NCBI GenBank assembly: GCA_030704615.1
Contig: CM060732.1
Location: 9,672,001 to 9,736,000 of the forward strand
DNA length: 64,000 nt
Source: Takakia lepidozioides
Lineage: Eukaryota; Plantae; Bryophyta
Reading direction: 5' to 3'
The translations under genes and the position numbers were made by a program. Below the pieces are notes generated by a model. The model had not been told where the DNA came from and made no database searches. It worked only from the letters and a program-made list of their open reading frames with translations. Of the stretch, positions 24,417 through 36,600 are shown in pieces; within the stretch, counting starts at the first letter, position 1; every line of letters starts with the position of its first letter.

Positions 24417-25953
24417 GACCTGATCTGCCTGTACTGAGGACGACCGAGTTGAACCCCTTGCCTTGAAGACTACAATCAGCTCCAACAACGGGACCGCTAC
24501 TTGGAAATTGTTACTCCAAACTCACCTACGCTGCACTTGTGGCCAACATCCCCCTGCTAGCGCTCCTACATAAATCGTACTGATTTCCAGCACGATACGG
24601 CCTCCGGAGCTTAGTCTTGCTCATGCAGCAGATCTATAGCTTATCCCCAGTTACTTTGTCTACCAGTGAGATTAGATTTTAGGTAATGCAATCTACGAGA
24701 ACGTGATACATGGATATCAGCTACATAATACTTCCTTGTGGACCTCTTGACTGTTGAGCACTTAAACAAGGGAGCCCGTGTGCTCAAGAACGTTCATTAC
24801 GAGCTCCCCTTGGGAATAGTCACTTGAGAGGGAGTAGCCAAGATGGATACGAGCTTTAGTCTTTCTTTGTGGAGATGAGGAGGACCTGATCAGGGTCCAC
24901 TGAAACTCATACAACTTTCTATATGGCTGTCCAGTGTTGAGACTAAGACATAACCAACGACGGCAGAAGATGAGTGGCAAGAGGCTCACAGTGATGCATG
25001 AAGGACCAGAAACATAAACATGGTGGGGTAGTCGCATTACTTTCCAGTAGAAGTTAGGAAGAAGACATAACTAGCAGTCACAAACAACCTTGAAGAGATT
25101 CATGAGCTAGATGGAAACAAAAACGGGCCGGTGGGTCGTGAGGGAGAGGATAGAGTTGCTTGTGGGATAAGCCAGTGAGCGAGGCGACAATTCTCGCAGG
25201 CACAAGTGACTGTGACCTTACAGTATAAAGACTTGGATAGGAGCATCAGAGGGGAGCATCAGACGGAAAGAAGAATGAGTCTACCTGGCGGCAACATCAG
25301 GCTTGCAGAGAGCGTACTAGTAGTCAGTGTCCTGCAATCTCCGCAAGTGATATGGAGAGACAGAGTATTGGGAGGTGGAGAAAAGAAGAGCCTTAAAGGC
25401 TAACCACGAAAGATACACTCACAATGACCATGTCATCTCCCAGTCTCCTCATTCACGTTTCTAGTGATAGGGATATAGAAGAGATCGTTTGGAGGGACGG
25501 TGTTTTTAGTGGTTTGGTGCAATGAAAGGATGGGAACAGAGACTTTATTGTTAGGGCCGTGGTGGACACATTCTAGGAAATGTTCCAATATGTGGGTGCC
25601 GGGCCCATGCAAGCCCACGCTAAAGTCCGACCAAAAGGCTAAATTGATGACGACTGGTTTTAATCCACAATGCCTTAACGGCGCAGACCTGTGTGCGCAA
25701 AACCAAGCTCGTTGGTGCACGCAGAGAGAGGTTGATCTGATGCACGCTGTTCGCACTTGGGGCCCAGCCAACCACCCCACTGGGAGGATGGTGGGGCCCG
25801 GACGGCACAGCAGTGGTGTGGAAGAAGCCAAAGCTACCAAGCGACGGAGGCAGAGCCTAGGCACACCGCCGACAGCCCTGCGTCCTGTGGGTCAATGGCC
25901 ACGCTATGCTTAAACCTGGCTCATTAACTATTGGGATGGGATGGAATAATATT

Positions 25954-26230
25954 CAGTGTTTTTTTTTTGGCGAAAAATCGCCAAATGGCGACCTCAAAAC
26001 ATTAAAATGGAATATTCTGTCGTAAATTCCCAATTTTTTCATGGATGAAATCGCCAAACTCTTACAAGGAAATAAAATAAAATGGATGAATTCGCCAAAC
26101 GTGGATGATATAAATGGATAAAAGTACACAGGAGGATGATTCTATCCAGATTTTCAATGGATGAACAGAATATATAGCTATTTCTTGTAGCCACTCGTGC
26201 TATTTTTCAAATTTAAGAAAAAAATCACTG
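25954..26230. mobile_element. Complete 277-bp hAT-type MITE
   Basis: TIRs are CAGTGTTTTTTTT and AAAAAAATCACTG. A perfect 8-bp TSD, ATAATATT, lies at 25946-25953 and 26231-26238. Confidence 0.92.
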
Positions 26231-26821
26231 ATAATATTGTTTAGACCAGTGTTGGACCGGTATACCTGGTTGAACCTAGGTATGAATACGTGCATTGAAG
26301 AACATACCAAGTCGGGTATGAATGAACCAATGTACTCAAGTGATACACTTATTGAGAGGGCTATGTCTTTATTGGCTCCTCTTTATTCTAAAGGGAAGAC
26401 TCCGCATCAGTGTCAAAAAGCACTAATAAGTCCTTTTTGTGCTTTCCCCAAGTGTCACCTCGTCTCCTTTGCTTTATAATTCTTCCATGATGTGCCTTCT
26501 CCAGGTAACACCTCCCTCAAGTAAAATCTCTGTTATTGAACAACCTATGAAAAATATATGGATGAATTTTTAAGTTTATTATGGATTAAAGTAGATTCCA
26601 TTATTCACATAGAGGAGCCATACGCAACTAGCGGCTTGTTGTTGTACCCACACATAGCGCGGGTCTTGATACCACTATTGCGGCGAGTTCATGGTGGATG
26701 GAGCTAGGTATCTAGTCATCATCTATACTACCATTTTGTTGATTAAAGGCTCCCTGCTGCAATTCGGACTTCATTTGCTATTTCATGATACTTTGGGTTG
26801 CCTTTGCCTAGTATTTCATAG

Positions 26822-27059
26822 TTTTTATTTTCTTTAATAAAGGGAAACACCTGAGAGCAACAGCTCACAAATCAGGCCCTTAATAGTGGGAGGAGAAAAT
26901 AACCTCTTTCACAGTAACCGGGCCATGGAGGCGTAGAAATGGGACACCGCCCAGGGAAGGGGGAGAAGAGTATACCACACCCGTCAAGTAGCAGGATTTA
27001 ACCCAGACCCAAGAATCATCGTGGCACTTAGTGCACTTAACCAACTGAGCTACAGACTG
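26822..27059 (-). mobile_element. tRNA-derived SINE
   Basis: On the - strand: box A TAGCTCAGTTGG (27052-27041), box B-like GGTTAAATCC (27003-26994), a non-tRNA body, and an A-rich end near 26845-26822. The 3' boundary is approximate. Confidence 0.65.
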
Positions 27060-29395
27060 TTGGTCATAGTTTAGATTACAATCAGCTGTGTTTAATGACA
27101 TTTATTTCTATGTACGGTGTAGTAGAAATATCATACCAATGCCCAAATATCCCCAATATCGCTAAAACAAATACAATACTAGTACCATACTCACACAGCC
27201 CACCAAAATACAATTACTCATACCAGATTCATACCCAAGTTGCTCATACCTGTATAGATATCTATACCAGCCTGGTATGAAAAAAGGGGTGGGATCTTCC
27301 AGTCTGGTATTAAAAAATACATACCAAGTCAAATACTTTTCTAAACCAAGTTTTCTTTGATGCTTGAAATATTTTATAAGATATCTTAACATAGGTGGTA
27401 AGTAAGCATTTACCGCTAGCTATGACAAGCGCCCAATAACGAACTAAGAGGGAGGCCCACTCTTGGTAGTAATTCTATCTATTTTTAATACTGAAATATG
27501 AAGTATACTTATTGTCTGGTGGGGTACATGACAGACTCTCATATGATAGAATCTTCTGGTATTCTAGAGTTTTTATTAAAATAATCACAGTAATGAATCC
27601 GATCCAGCCTGCATATTGTTCCAAATACATTACTATTTAATGATGTAAGTGGATAATTGATGTGTGATTTTAACACAATCCATATCAGGATATCAGCTAC
27701 ATTGAGCTAAATTGTGTCATTCCCTTCAATGTGTACTGATTTTCATCCCTATCTAGATGTCATCCCTGGCGGATGACACAGGGATGAAAAATCGGGATTT
27801 CAGATTCCATAATCCAAAATCACTTTTATAAGCGTGATCCAAGCCTTCTTTTAATATGATGCAAGTTAGTAGGGCCTTTGTTAAAAAGAAGAAAAACAAC
27901 TGTCAACCCATTTTAGGGTAGCCGCGCCTACAATGCGATGGTGTCATGGAAGCATGGATAGCATGTATGTTCGCTTTCAATGATATGTGAAATGGATAGT
28001 GATTAATTTAACATGGCCTTTACATATGCACCATGCCAAAAACAATTAGGCACTTTGTTTTTGTTTTTGTTTTAACCCTTAACCTCCCAAGCCCGTTTTC
28101 AACATTTTGGCCATTTTTGGTACCCCGTAAGACTAAAATGCCCATAACTCCTTACCACCTTTCATCCACAGGTTTCAACCATACAACATTATACCTATGT
28201 ATAACCCCTTCAAATTTGGCATGATTCCACCATAGAAATAGAAATATTATAATGCCTTTGTGGACCTTGAATTTGAGCTTCCACACAATACTCCTATGTC
28301 AAGTTAAATAAACACAGTGTGAAACTAACTAGAATAAAGCTAGTTATTTGTATTTAATACTTGGATTTAGGTCAAGTGTTAAATCAGGTGTCAAGTTTAG
28401 TTTGACACCTGAACTGTCTTATCTTCACGAGAGCGTCAGTCGCGCAACTCATCTCTCTCGAGTTGAGCCTGCGCGACCGAGCTCCTTCACGCTTTAGAAT
28501 CTGAGTGTGCGTATGTAGGGGTATAGGTTGATGTGGGGTGGAGTCCCCATAGCTTGGGGTGCCCCTGGCTCGACTATTATCTTAAAGAGTGATAGCGATG
28601 GATTTCATGTTTCTTGTGTCAAGAGTGTGTTCTTTAGCTTTTCTATCACTCGAGAGAGATCATCTGTCTAGTTTTTTTTCTTGTAGTGCTAAGCTAGATA
28701 GAGTTCTTTTATGTTAGCACTATGTCGATGGTCGAGGTGAAGAGAGCGGCATGCTTGATGACAACGTAGTTCTCCAACTCGTCATAAGCCATACCAATCT
28801 CGTCCAAGAAGCGTTTTCCGTTTTGTTGTTGTTGCACATGAGCGATGTATTTTGGAGGAAGTTGATTCGGGGGGCAGCAGAAGAATGTGTTCACCATAAC
28901 CTATGGCTGTAAGGGGAAGACGGGATTCCACGCTTGCAAGCTACTTGCGGAAGCAAGCTGCGATCTAGTTCGAGTGCGAGGTTCTGAGGACAGACCTCGA
29001 TCGCAATGATCTTGTCGAAAGGCTGTGCAGGGTAAAGGATCCATAGCTACTTGGACGAAGGTCCTGAAACCACTGTCGTATAGCAGCTGTATAGCAGCTG
29101 GTAGGGTTTCTCTCGTTGCCAGTTGTAGGAGGGTGGTAAGCGCGAGCTCCAGAGATAGCTCCCCGCCTAAGCCGGAATTCCACGAGAAGAAAACAGGCTG
29201 AAAGACGGAGCTGCATGCCATCCATGCAGCGGGGGAGTACGGTAGCAGACACCTTGGCTTGGTGGGCAGATCACAATCGTATGTTCAAAGCGCACACAGG
29301 CAGTAGCGTTGAAGGCCAAGCTCCCGTTCACAGTGTCCGTCATGGCTGCAGGGAAAAACATCCGGAAAGCTCCTACACAGGGTTCTAAGAAGGGT

Positions 29396-29755
29396 TGTAT
29401 GAGCAATTGATATAGAAAGGGGTGACTCCAGACAGGGTGACATTCACTTGCGTCTTGAACGCATGTGCCAGCCTAGGAGCTGTTGAAAAAGGGCAAGGAG
29501 GTCCATGCTGAGATCATCAAAGCTGGAGTTGGGCCAGATATCCCTCTTGAGACTGTCCTTGCCAACATGTATTCCAAATACGGAAGCATGGAGGACGCAT
29601 GGTGTTTGACAATATGGCTCGACAAGATGTGGTCTCATGGAGCTAAATCAGTGCAAGATATGCTCAGCATGGTTGTGGTAGGGAGGCTTTTGAGATGTAT
29701 GTACAAATGCAACAGGGAGGGGTGCAGCCCGACATCATAACATTAATTTGTTTCC
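29396..29755 (+). pseudogene. PLS-class pentatricopeptide repeat fragment
   Basis: GVTPDRVTFTCVLNACASLGA..GKEVHAEIIKAG..NMYSKYGSMEDA..VFDNMARQDVVSW..YAQHGCGREAFEMY.QMQ.EGVQPD, with frameshifts and a stop. Confidence 0.88.
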
Positions 29756-30891
29756 AGTGCATGTCCCACTCTCACCTGTACTCATTCAGATCGGTTGCTC
29801 CACTCACCGATTGCTCCATCTACCCATCTCTCATTCCATTTCTTCAGTAGCTCGACTGCCCGATTCGGGGTCGACGTTCATGCCCTTTTGAAGCTGGTTC
29901 CATATCCAGCGCATGCTGTTGGAGCACCTAGTAGCCCATCCACAATTGCAGTGGGGGCTGAGAGCTGGTGCCTTCGAGGATTGGCTGATGTTCGTTTGGG
30001 GGGGGGGGCTGAATTTCTTTGGTTCGGAGTACGAGCTGCCTTTGTCGCTGCTGATGGTGCTGGAGAATCGCTTGAGGCTGGGGCTGGTGTGCACCGCCCT
30101 ACTGGCATGCTGGATGTTGCAGGCGGGGGGGAGGGGGCCTCCGCTGGGGAGAAAACTCGGTCTTGTATGATTGCATTTCCTGGGGCGATCGTTGGTGGTC
30201 ACTATCTGGCCTCGTGCGGACTTGGTTTGGAGTGCTTGGTCGTCAGCGAAGTATTGCTCGTCAGAGATGTGCATGTCGCTGACTTCTTCGTCCCCTTCGA
30301 TTGGGCTCAACTGAGCAAAGCCTTCGTCTTTGTTGCTCATCTTGGCCGTATCCTGTTTCACTAGAGTGTAGAGGTTGAGGGAAGCCTATGGGGTGCTAAG
30401 CCTGTTGAGCAGGGGTGTGTACTGTTGATACGAGCTTGGGTCAGGGAGCTATTGGTTTAGAATGATACAAGCGCGAAGGATCAAAGCCCCGGAGTCAGCA
30501 TAGTCGGGGAACGGCCTCGGGAACCCATAGATAACCAGGGAACAAGGAACCAAGACAAGTATTGAAAAAAAAAAAAAATGAGTTTTCTTTGTATTTGTTT
30601 TGTCTTATTTTTATTTATTTTTTAAAGGGGGAAAAGAAAAGAAAAAGGTGTTATGTTTAAAGAGTCAGGTTGGTCATATCTTTGTCAAATGAGCTCCGTT
30701 TGACTCAGTTTTTGAGGGGATAGCTGCAGAAAGGGGATATCTACCTATCTAGATCTGGTTTTTGTTTTTGGGACTCTGCTAAAAATCTATGGAATTTTTA
30801 GAGTGTGAGTGTGCCGTGAAAGATCCACAATTCTGTTTCTAGAACCTGTTCTGGTCTATATGAGAGACAAATCTGTGGATGTCCTCCTTGT

Positions 30892-31641
30892 ATGGCTGGG
30901 GGAAATGAGGACGTAATTGAAGGGCAGGTCTCTTCTCTTAGCCTGTGCATACAAGGGGACAGGATTTATGTTTCCCAAGGAACTCAGACTGATTTGAGTG
31001 GAGAACAGTTGGACGAGTTGATTGCATACTGGGAGTCAGGCATTAGCAGTAGACAACAAACTGCTGTAGTTGGCGTTGAGGGCCTCAATATCGCTTTGGA
31101 CAGTCATAACTCTGTTGGAGCCAGCAGTTCTGCAGCTGTAGGTGAAATACCAAAGTGGGTGAAAGCTAGGCTTGGAACACAGCCAAAGACAGCCCCGGGG
31201 ACCAAGGTGTTCAGCCACAAGGCTGTGGTGTACTGGAGCAGAGGAGCAGGAGCTACACAAGTTTGTGCAATCAGACATAGTTGCAGCCGGACACGCTCTG
31301 CACAAGGCAATCACGAGCGGGGGTTCATTAGCAATGACAAGTTTGTTTTGCTTGAAGAAGATGCAGTCATCTGCAATGAGGACACCCGCAACCGTCTCAA
31401 AGCTTTCGAGTTGAGAGACTATCAGACCCTACCTTTGTTTTCTTTAGTGTTCAGTGAGCGGGAGATAGGGGAGTATTGCTTTGTCTCTACCTGGCAGAAA
31501 GAGGAGGAGGGTTGGTTAGAGCGAGCTACTGTAGCTTGGGACAAGGTTAGTGGCAGGTTTCTGGACATAGATATACTTCCTACACCTTACTATCATGCAG
31601 AGCGAGGCACTTTGAGAGAAGTCTGGCAGTTGATAGCATAG
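30892..31641 (+). CDS. Intronless 249-aa ORF of unknown function, possibly a TE accessory gene
   Basis: Uninterrupted from ATG to TAG with globular composition in the C-terminal half. No motif recognised. Confidence 0.45.
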   Translation: MAGGNEDVIEGQVSSLSLCIQGDRIYVSQGTQTDLSGEQLDELIAYWESGISSRQQTAVVGVEGLNIALDSHNSVGASSSAAVGEIPKWVKARLGTQPKTAPGTKVFSHKAVVYWSRGAGATQVCAIRHSCSRTRSAQGNHERGFISNDKFVLLEEDAVICNEDTRNRLKAFELRDYQTLPLFSLVFSEREIGEYCFVSTWQKEEEGWLERATVAWDKVSGRFLDIDILPTPYYHAERGTLREVWQLIA

Positions 31642-33699
31642 ATCAGGATTAGATCTTGCTGGGTCGGGCTTCTATTCTTCCCCTCCATCTCTGTACTATT
31701 TTCATTACCTTGTACTTGTAGTTGCCAAAGCCTCTCTTGGTGGAGGCCAGGGTTTTGGGCTGGGATATTCTGCAGGTCAGCACTGCAGATGGATTTTGGT
31801 GTGGGGGTGTTGATGTTTTGATTTCTTGTGTTTGGATCCCCCCCAACACTTGCATGCTTGACTGTGCGCCATGTTGGTTTTGTGTGGGCACTTGCTTTCA
31901 TAGGGATTAGGCCGGATTTGATCACCGGTCAATCCTAGAGTATGTTGTCGGTGGTGAGGCTGGAGTGATGACCAGCAAGACCATCAGTGTTTCTTCTATG
32001 GTGAGACTGGGTTGATGACCAGCCAACCATAGGAGTTCTTGCGGTGGATGCAGGTGCAGGTGCCCTGAGCCACTGGGATATGACCCTTATTGTGGCAGAC
32101 TACTTTATTGTGCATATATGTGTGGTGTGGTTTGGACAACGATGTAGTTGTGTAGCGATACGTATGCGCACGACAACTACCAGAAAAAGGTTTGACCAGA
32201 ATAAATGCTGGCTTTTTGTAATTTTCATTGCTTCAAACCCACAAATTCCAATGCACTGGTGCCATGACTATGTCCTTGCCAAAAAATTTAGCCATATGAA
32301 AAGCGCAATGGCGGAGAAGGAACTAGGGGCACTCCCATGCACCCGACTTACGCCATATTCAAAGAGAACAATGAGGCTCGGGGAATACGTTGCGCAACGG
32401 CACTCAGTGAGTACTCAAAAAAACTTGGAGGGCTCTAATCGGCAAGGCAAACATCAAATCAAAGGCGCAAACAAGGAGCGGGGAAGGTAACCATCCAGGA
32501 ACGTAGACAAGAGGTGGAAGGGAAGTGCGAGGCCGCAAGCACAGGACAGCAAAGGCAGCAGTAGCTTCAGGAGACGCTCGCAAAAGAACGATGGTGAGGA
32601 AGGCAGAGAAGAGGGCGGAAACTCCAAAACCAAGGCCCTTTGACCGAGGCTCCAGCAACTGGAAAGGGAGCATCTGCCGCTCGTGGTATGCAAGGTTACT
32701 ACTGCGACAGCAAACTACGCGGAGTCGACAGACCAAGACTGGCAAATCAAGGTCGGGTTGGATAATTTCTTCCTGGCGGTGGATTGGAAGAGGGCGGATA
32801 ACCTGGAGGTCGTAAGGCTCATAAATTCATATAACGATGACCTCAAGACAGTAATATAGAAGGGTCAGCCCGTGACGCTGATAGAGGGGTATATTGCGGA
32901 CCCGGAGAAGTCACTCTCTATCACTTGTATAGGGCACGTGAGATAAATGGGGGGGTATTACTTTTATTTTGGGTATTTTTAAATATCCTATAATTCATAA
33001 TTTTGTAATATGGTGAATTTTTTATATGCTATTTTAATTATATTTTATTGTTCTAAACAAATATTAAACACCCTATATTAAAAATACAATGAAATTTTTT
33101 TTGAATGTAATTTTGTGCTTGAAATTCGGCCCTCTCGGATGACAATTGACAGGAAACTTTGCGATGCGTCTTGTCGTCTGCTTCTCTTTGTGCACATTCA
33201 CCTTTCTGCCCCGATTAGCCCACCATTGACAGGGCTCCGAAAAATATTCCCTCGAAGCTTCTCCTCGTCTCTGTCAGCCCTTGGCCCTTCTCGTATTTTG
33301 TCTACCGCTGCTGCTTCTCGTGCTTCCAGTCGACCATCCACCCAAGCAGGTTTCTCGTAGCTATCAATCCACAGGGATTCGAAGGTTTAAATCTTGTGCT
33401 TAAAATCCAGCCCTCACGGATGACAATTGACAGGAAACTCCCTCCCTCACCAATTAGAAAAATGGGAAAATCCCTGCGCTTAGACCCCCTCATTTATCAT
33501 TAGACTCTAAACTCTAAATGCACGACACGTGTCCACGGACTAATCACTGGACGACACGTGTCCACAGGTATTATCTCAACCCTATAATAATCTTTTTTTT
33601 AAATAAAAATCACAATATAATGTACCGGAGAGTGAGGCCCAACGGTCGCTTCGTCTCTCTCGTATGGACTCTCTCAACCGATCGGCAGCTGGAGAAGGG

Positions 33700-36600
33700 C
33701 CTTCCTGGGGGTATATGGTGTCCAAACTTTACACACATGGTTTGTATGGTTTTCTATGATTTGGTTAAATCCATTTAAGCCTTTTTCGCTGATCTATTGT
33801 GACAACCTCGACATCCCATACGGATCATCCTATACCCACCCTGTTTCATTCATCATTTCGTGCGTGTTATCGCCGCCTCAGCCCTTAACTTCGCTTCCCC
33901 CCTCTCAGCTGCCGGCTGATATTAATGACGTTTAGAGCTGTCTCTTTCACTCCACTTGGAGCTACCTTTGAGCGCTGCATCCCCCCAGGCTCTCGCTACG
34001 AGGTAGTTAGTGGCCTTGTGTTCATCCTGGCTCCAGCTCCACTCGGCATCCCTGTTAATTTCCGTGCAGTAGAGCCAATACAGAGTCTGCATTGCCAGCT
34101 TAAATCTCCCTGTTTGTGTCAGGCTGGTTCTTCAATTTCTAGTCTAGCTCTCAGTTCTTAGTCCAGCTCTCTCAATTCCCTATCTGCTTTTCTCCTCTCT
34201 AGTTGAATTCAATTACAGTCGTTACTGTCTTTCTCAGAGTCTCCGATCCTTCCCCTGCACCTATCTCCGTGTTGCGTGCCCATGACTCCGAATACCATGC
34301 TCCATCGCTCCAAGTCCTCAGACTGGCCTCGTCGCCACTCGGGTCAATCAAGCAGGCACCCACCTAGTGGGTCCCAGCCCAGCTCAAGCCGGGGCCCACC
34401 AAGAAAGATCGGCTAGCACAAGGCCAAAGCAAATCCCGCCACCATCGACGGATCAGCCCCCGAAAGTCCACATCAGCGAGGCAAGGCCCCCAGGAGCAGT
34501 GTCTCTCCCCTCCAATGCGAGAAGAAGATGAGTTCTTCATTGACCCCCTGGAGGAGCAGCGGGCAATGAGCAATGTCTTTCCCCTTATCAAGATGGATAT
34601 ATAGGACATGCACATCAGAATCCCAGGTCTGGAAAACTCTGGTGTTTTGCTGCACTTTCCTGGCAGAAAGGTTAAGAGATCCTATGTGAGGGACTGGGCG
34701 ATCCGTTACCTTGGGGGCCCGGGAGAGCTTAACCATCACTTCTGCATTGCCAAAGCCCGAGGATTCTTTTCAGTAATGTTTGAATCAGCTGCAGCGGTAG
34801 CCAAGGCTCTGCAATTCAACCCACATCAGAAGGGCTTTAACGTAAATATCTTTCCTTGGTCGTCTAAGCTGGGCAACAAAAACGACAAGTTATGGGGGCC
34901 TAGAATCGTTTCTATACCATTCATCCCAGATCAGTACCTGGCAAATCTGCCAGACATTGCCAATCATTTTGGAGAGTACTTGGGCTGTCTGGGGGTATTT
35001 GACCCCCTCATGAACACAGATGTCCTCAGGAAAATGCCATCATGGAAATCGGCCACCATCGCAACAAAAATGAATGAAAATGGCTGCCCCAAAATGGTGT
35101 TGATGATGCCTTATGAAGCAGTGCTGCCTGACTATGTGAGACTGCCAATTGACACTGAGGGAAACTACTTCACAATTCGGATGATTGAAGATGCATCTTA
35201 CTCAGCATGCTTTGGCTGTGGGAAGCATGGACACATTAAGGTCAATTGCCCTTTCAGTAAGAGAAAAAGGTCTCCAAATGTAGTGCCTACGGCTAACCCA
35301 CACGCCTCTTCTCAATTCCATCCTGCCTCTTTCTCTCCTACGCCCCCCCCCCCCCCCCCCTCTTCCAGCTAACCCCCCTTCCCCTTGCACTCTCTGTTGT
35401 CACCAACCCCATCTCTATCTGCTGATCTTCTGCAATTTAGTCCAGTACACATTGCCAAAAAATAAAAAGACCCCTTGGATCCTATGCATCTAGAGACTAG
35501 CTGCTCACTGACTGCCCCTCCTATCGCCCAGAAGTGTCCTCCCCTCGTCAATGCGCAGGCCTCCAATCTCCCTCCACCTCCCTCAGCTCCATTCTCCCCA
35601 GAGGCGGACCCCGCTATGAAGCTCTCTCCTTCAGCTATTGCAGGTAGTCCGGTGGTGGCCATTGTTCTAAAATCCATACAATCCTTCCAAGACCTTGTGT
35701 TGCCAGGCTGCTCAGCCTTGTCCACCAACGAGGCTCCCAAAGCCTCTTGTGTTACCCCCATTGTCTTCAAAATAGGCCCCCCAGCCTCAATCCTCATTAC
35801 ATCTGAAGATAGGCATGATCTGGTATCTCTGTGGATCACCAATCAAGATGTGTTAAGTTTTATTGAAAAGTGTCCCCCCAACAGCAGCCCTCAGTGCATG
35901 CTCATGGCTAAAATCCAGGATTTCTTTGCCAATCATCTACCGTGTTATCTCATTTCACCATCCTTGACTATCACTTGGGGGGCGTATGTGGAAGAACACC
36001 CATATTTAAACTGCAGGCCTAACACCCAAGTGTTGGCTTTGATGGAGGATGCAAACATCTACCACACCCCCCAGGCAAGTCTGGTGGATCAGGGAAGACT
36101 GTTTGGGGAAACCATGGGGCAAGCAGCCAACCCACATCAGGGCAAAGGATGTGGTATCAAATGCCTTTACCCTCCTCTCCAGGCTGTTGGACCAACGCAT
36201 GACGGATATTAACCACCAAGACGAACTGCAGAGAACAAGAGATCACCTCAGAGGGATTCGTCCGCTTCCCTCTGAATCATCTTCCTCAAGTGGCTCCCTA
36301 GGGGTGCAGCCACTGGCAAGAGAAGAGAAGGCCCCACCCCGACAGGAGCCTCAGGGCCAAGTAAGCCAAATTAGGACCCATTCTGTAGATGACAATCGGA
36401 GTACAACCAATCTGCTCCCTTCCATCCAAGAAGTTCAAGCGGCAATCGGCTCTTTCTCCATATCTACGGCTTCCCCACACCCGGCCTCTCCGCCGAATGC
36501 CACCCACGAGGCAGGTTCTCCTCTCTCTAAGGTAAGCCCCCAGCCCCTGCCACTCTTTCTGTTCCAGGCTGACTCCAAGGATAGGAAGAGATGTTGGGTT

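Noticed and set aside
26990-27059. Functional tRNA gene
   Set aside because: Box A and box B are present, but no convincing acceptor or anticodon stems. A SINE head fits better.
29795-30364. Overlapping 176-189-aa ORFs as a host gene
   Set aside because: Low-complexity Pro/Ser-rich sequence with no motif, probably a fragment of a TE ORF.
32044-32815. Transposase or host exon fragment
   Set aside because: No motif could be supported, and the frames are short and inconsistent.
33523-33566. Paired GACACGTGTC G-box/ABRE-like palindromes as a regulatory module
   Set aside because: They lie in repeat-derived DNA with no adjacent host gene, so function cannot be supported from sequence alone.
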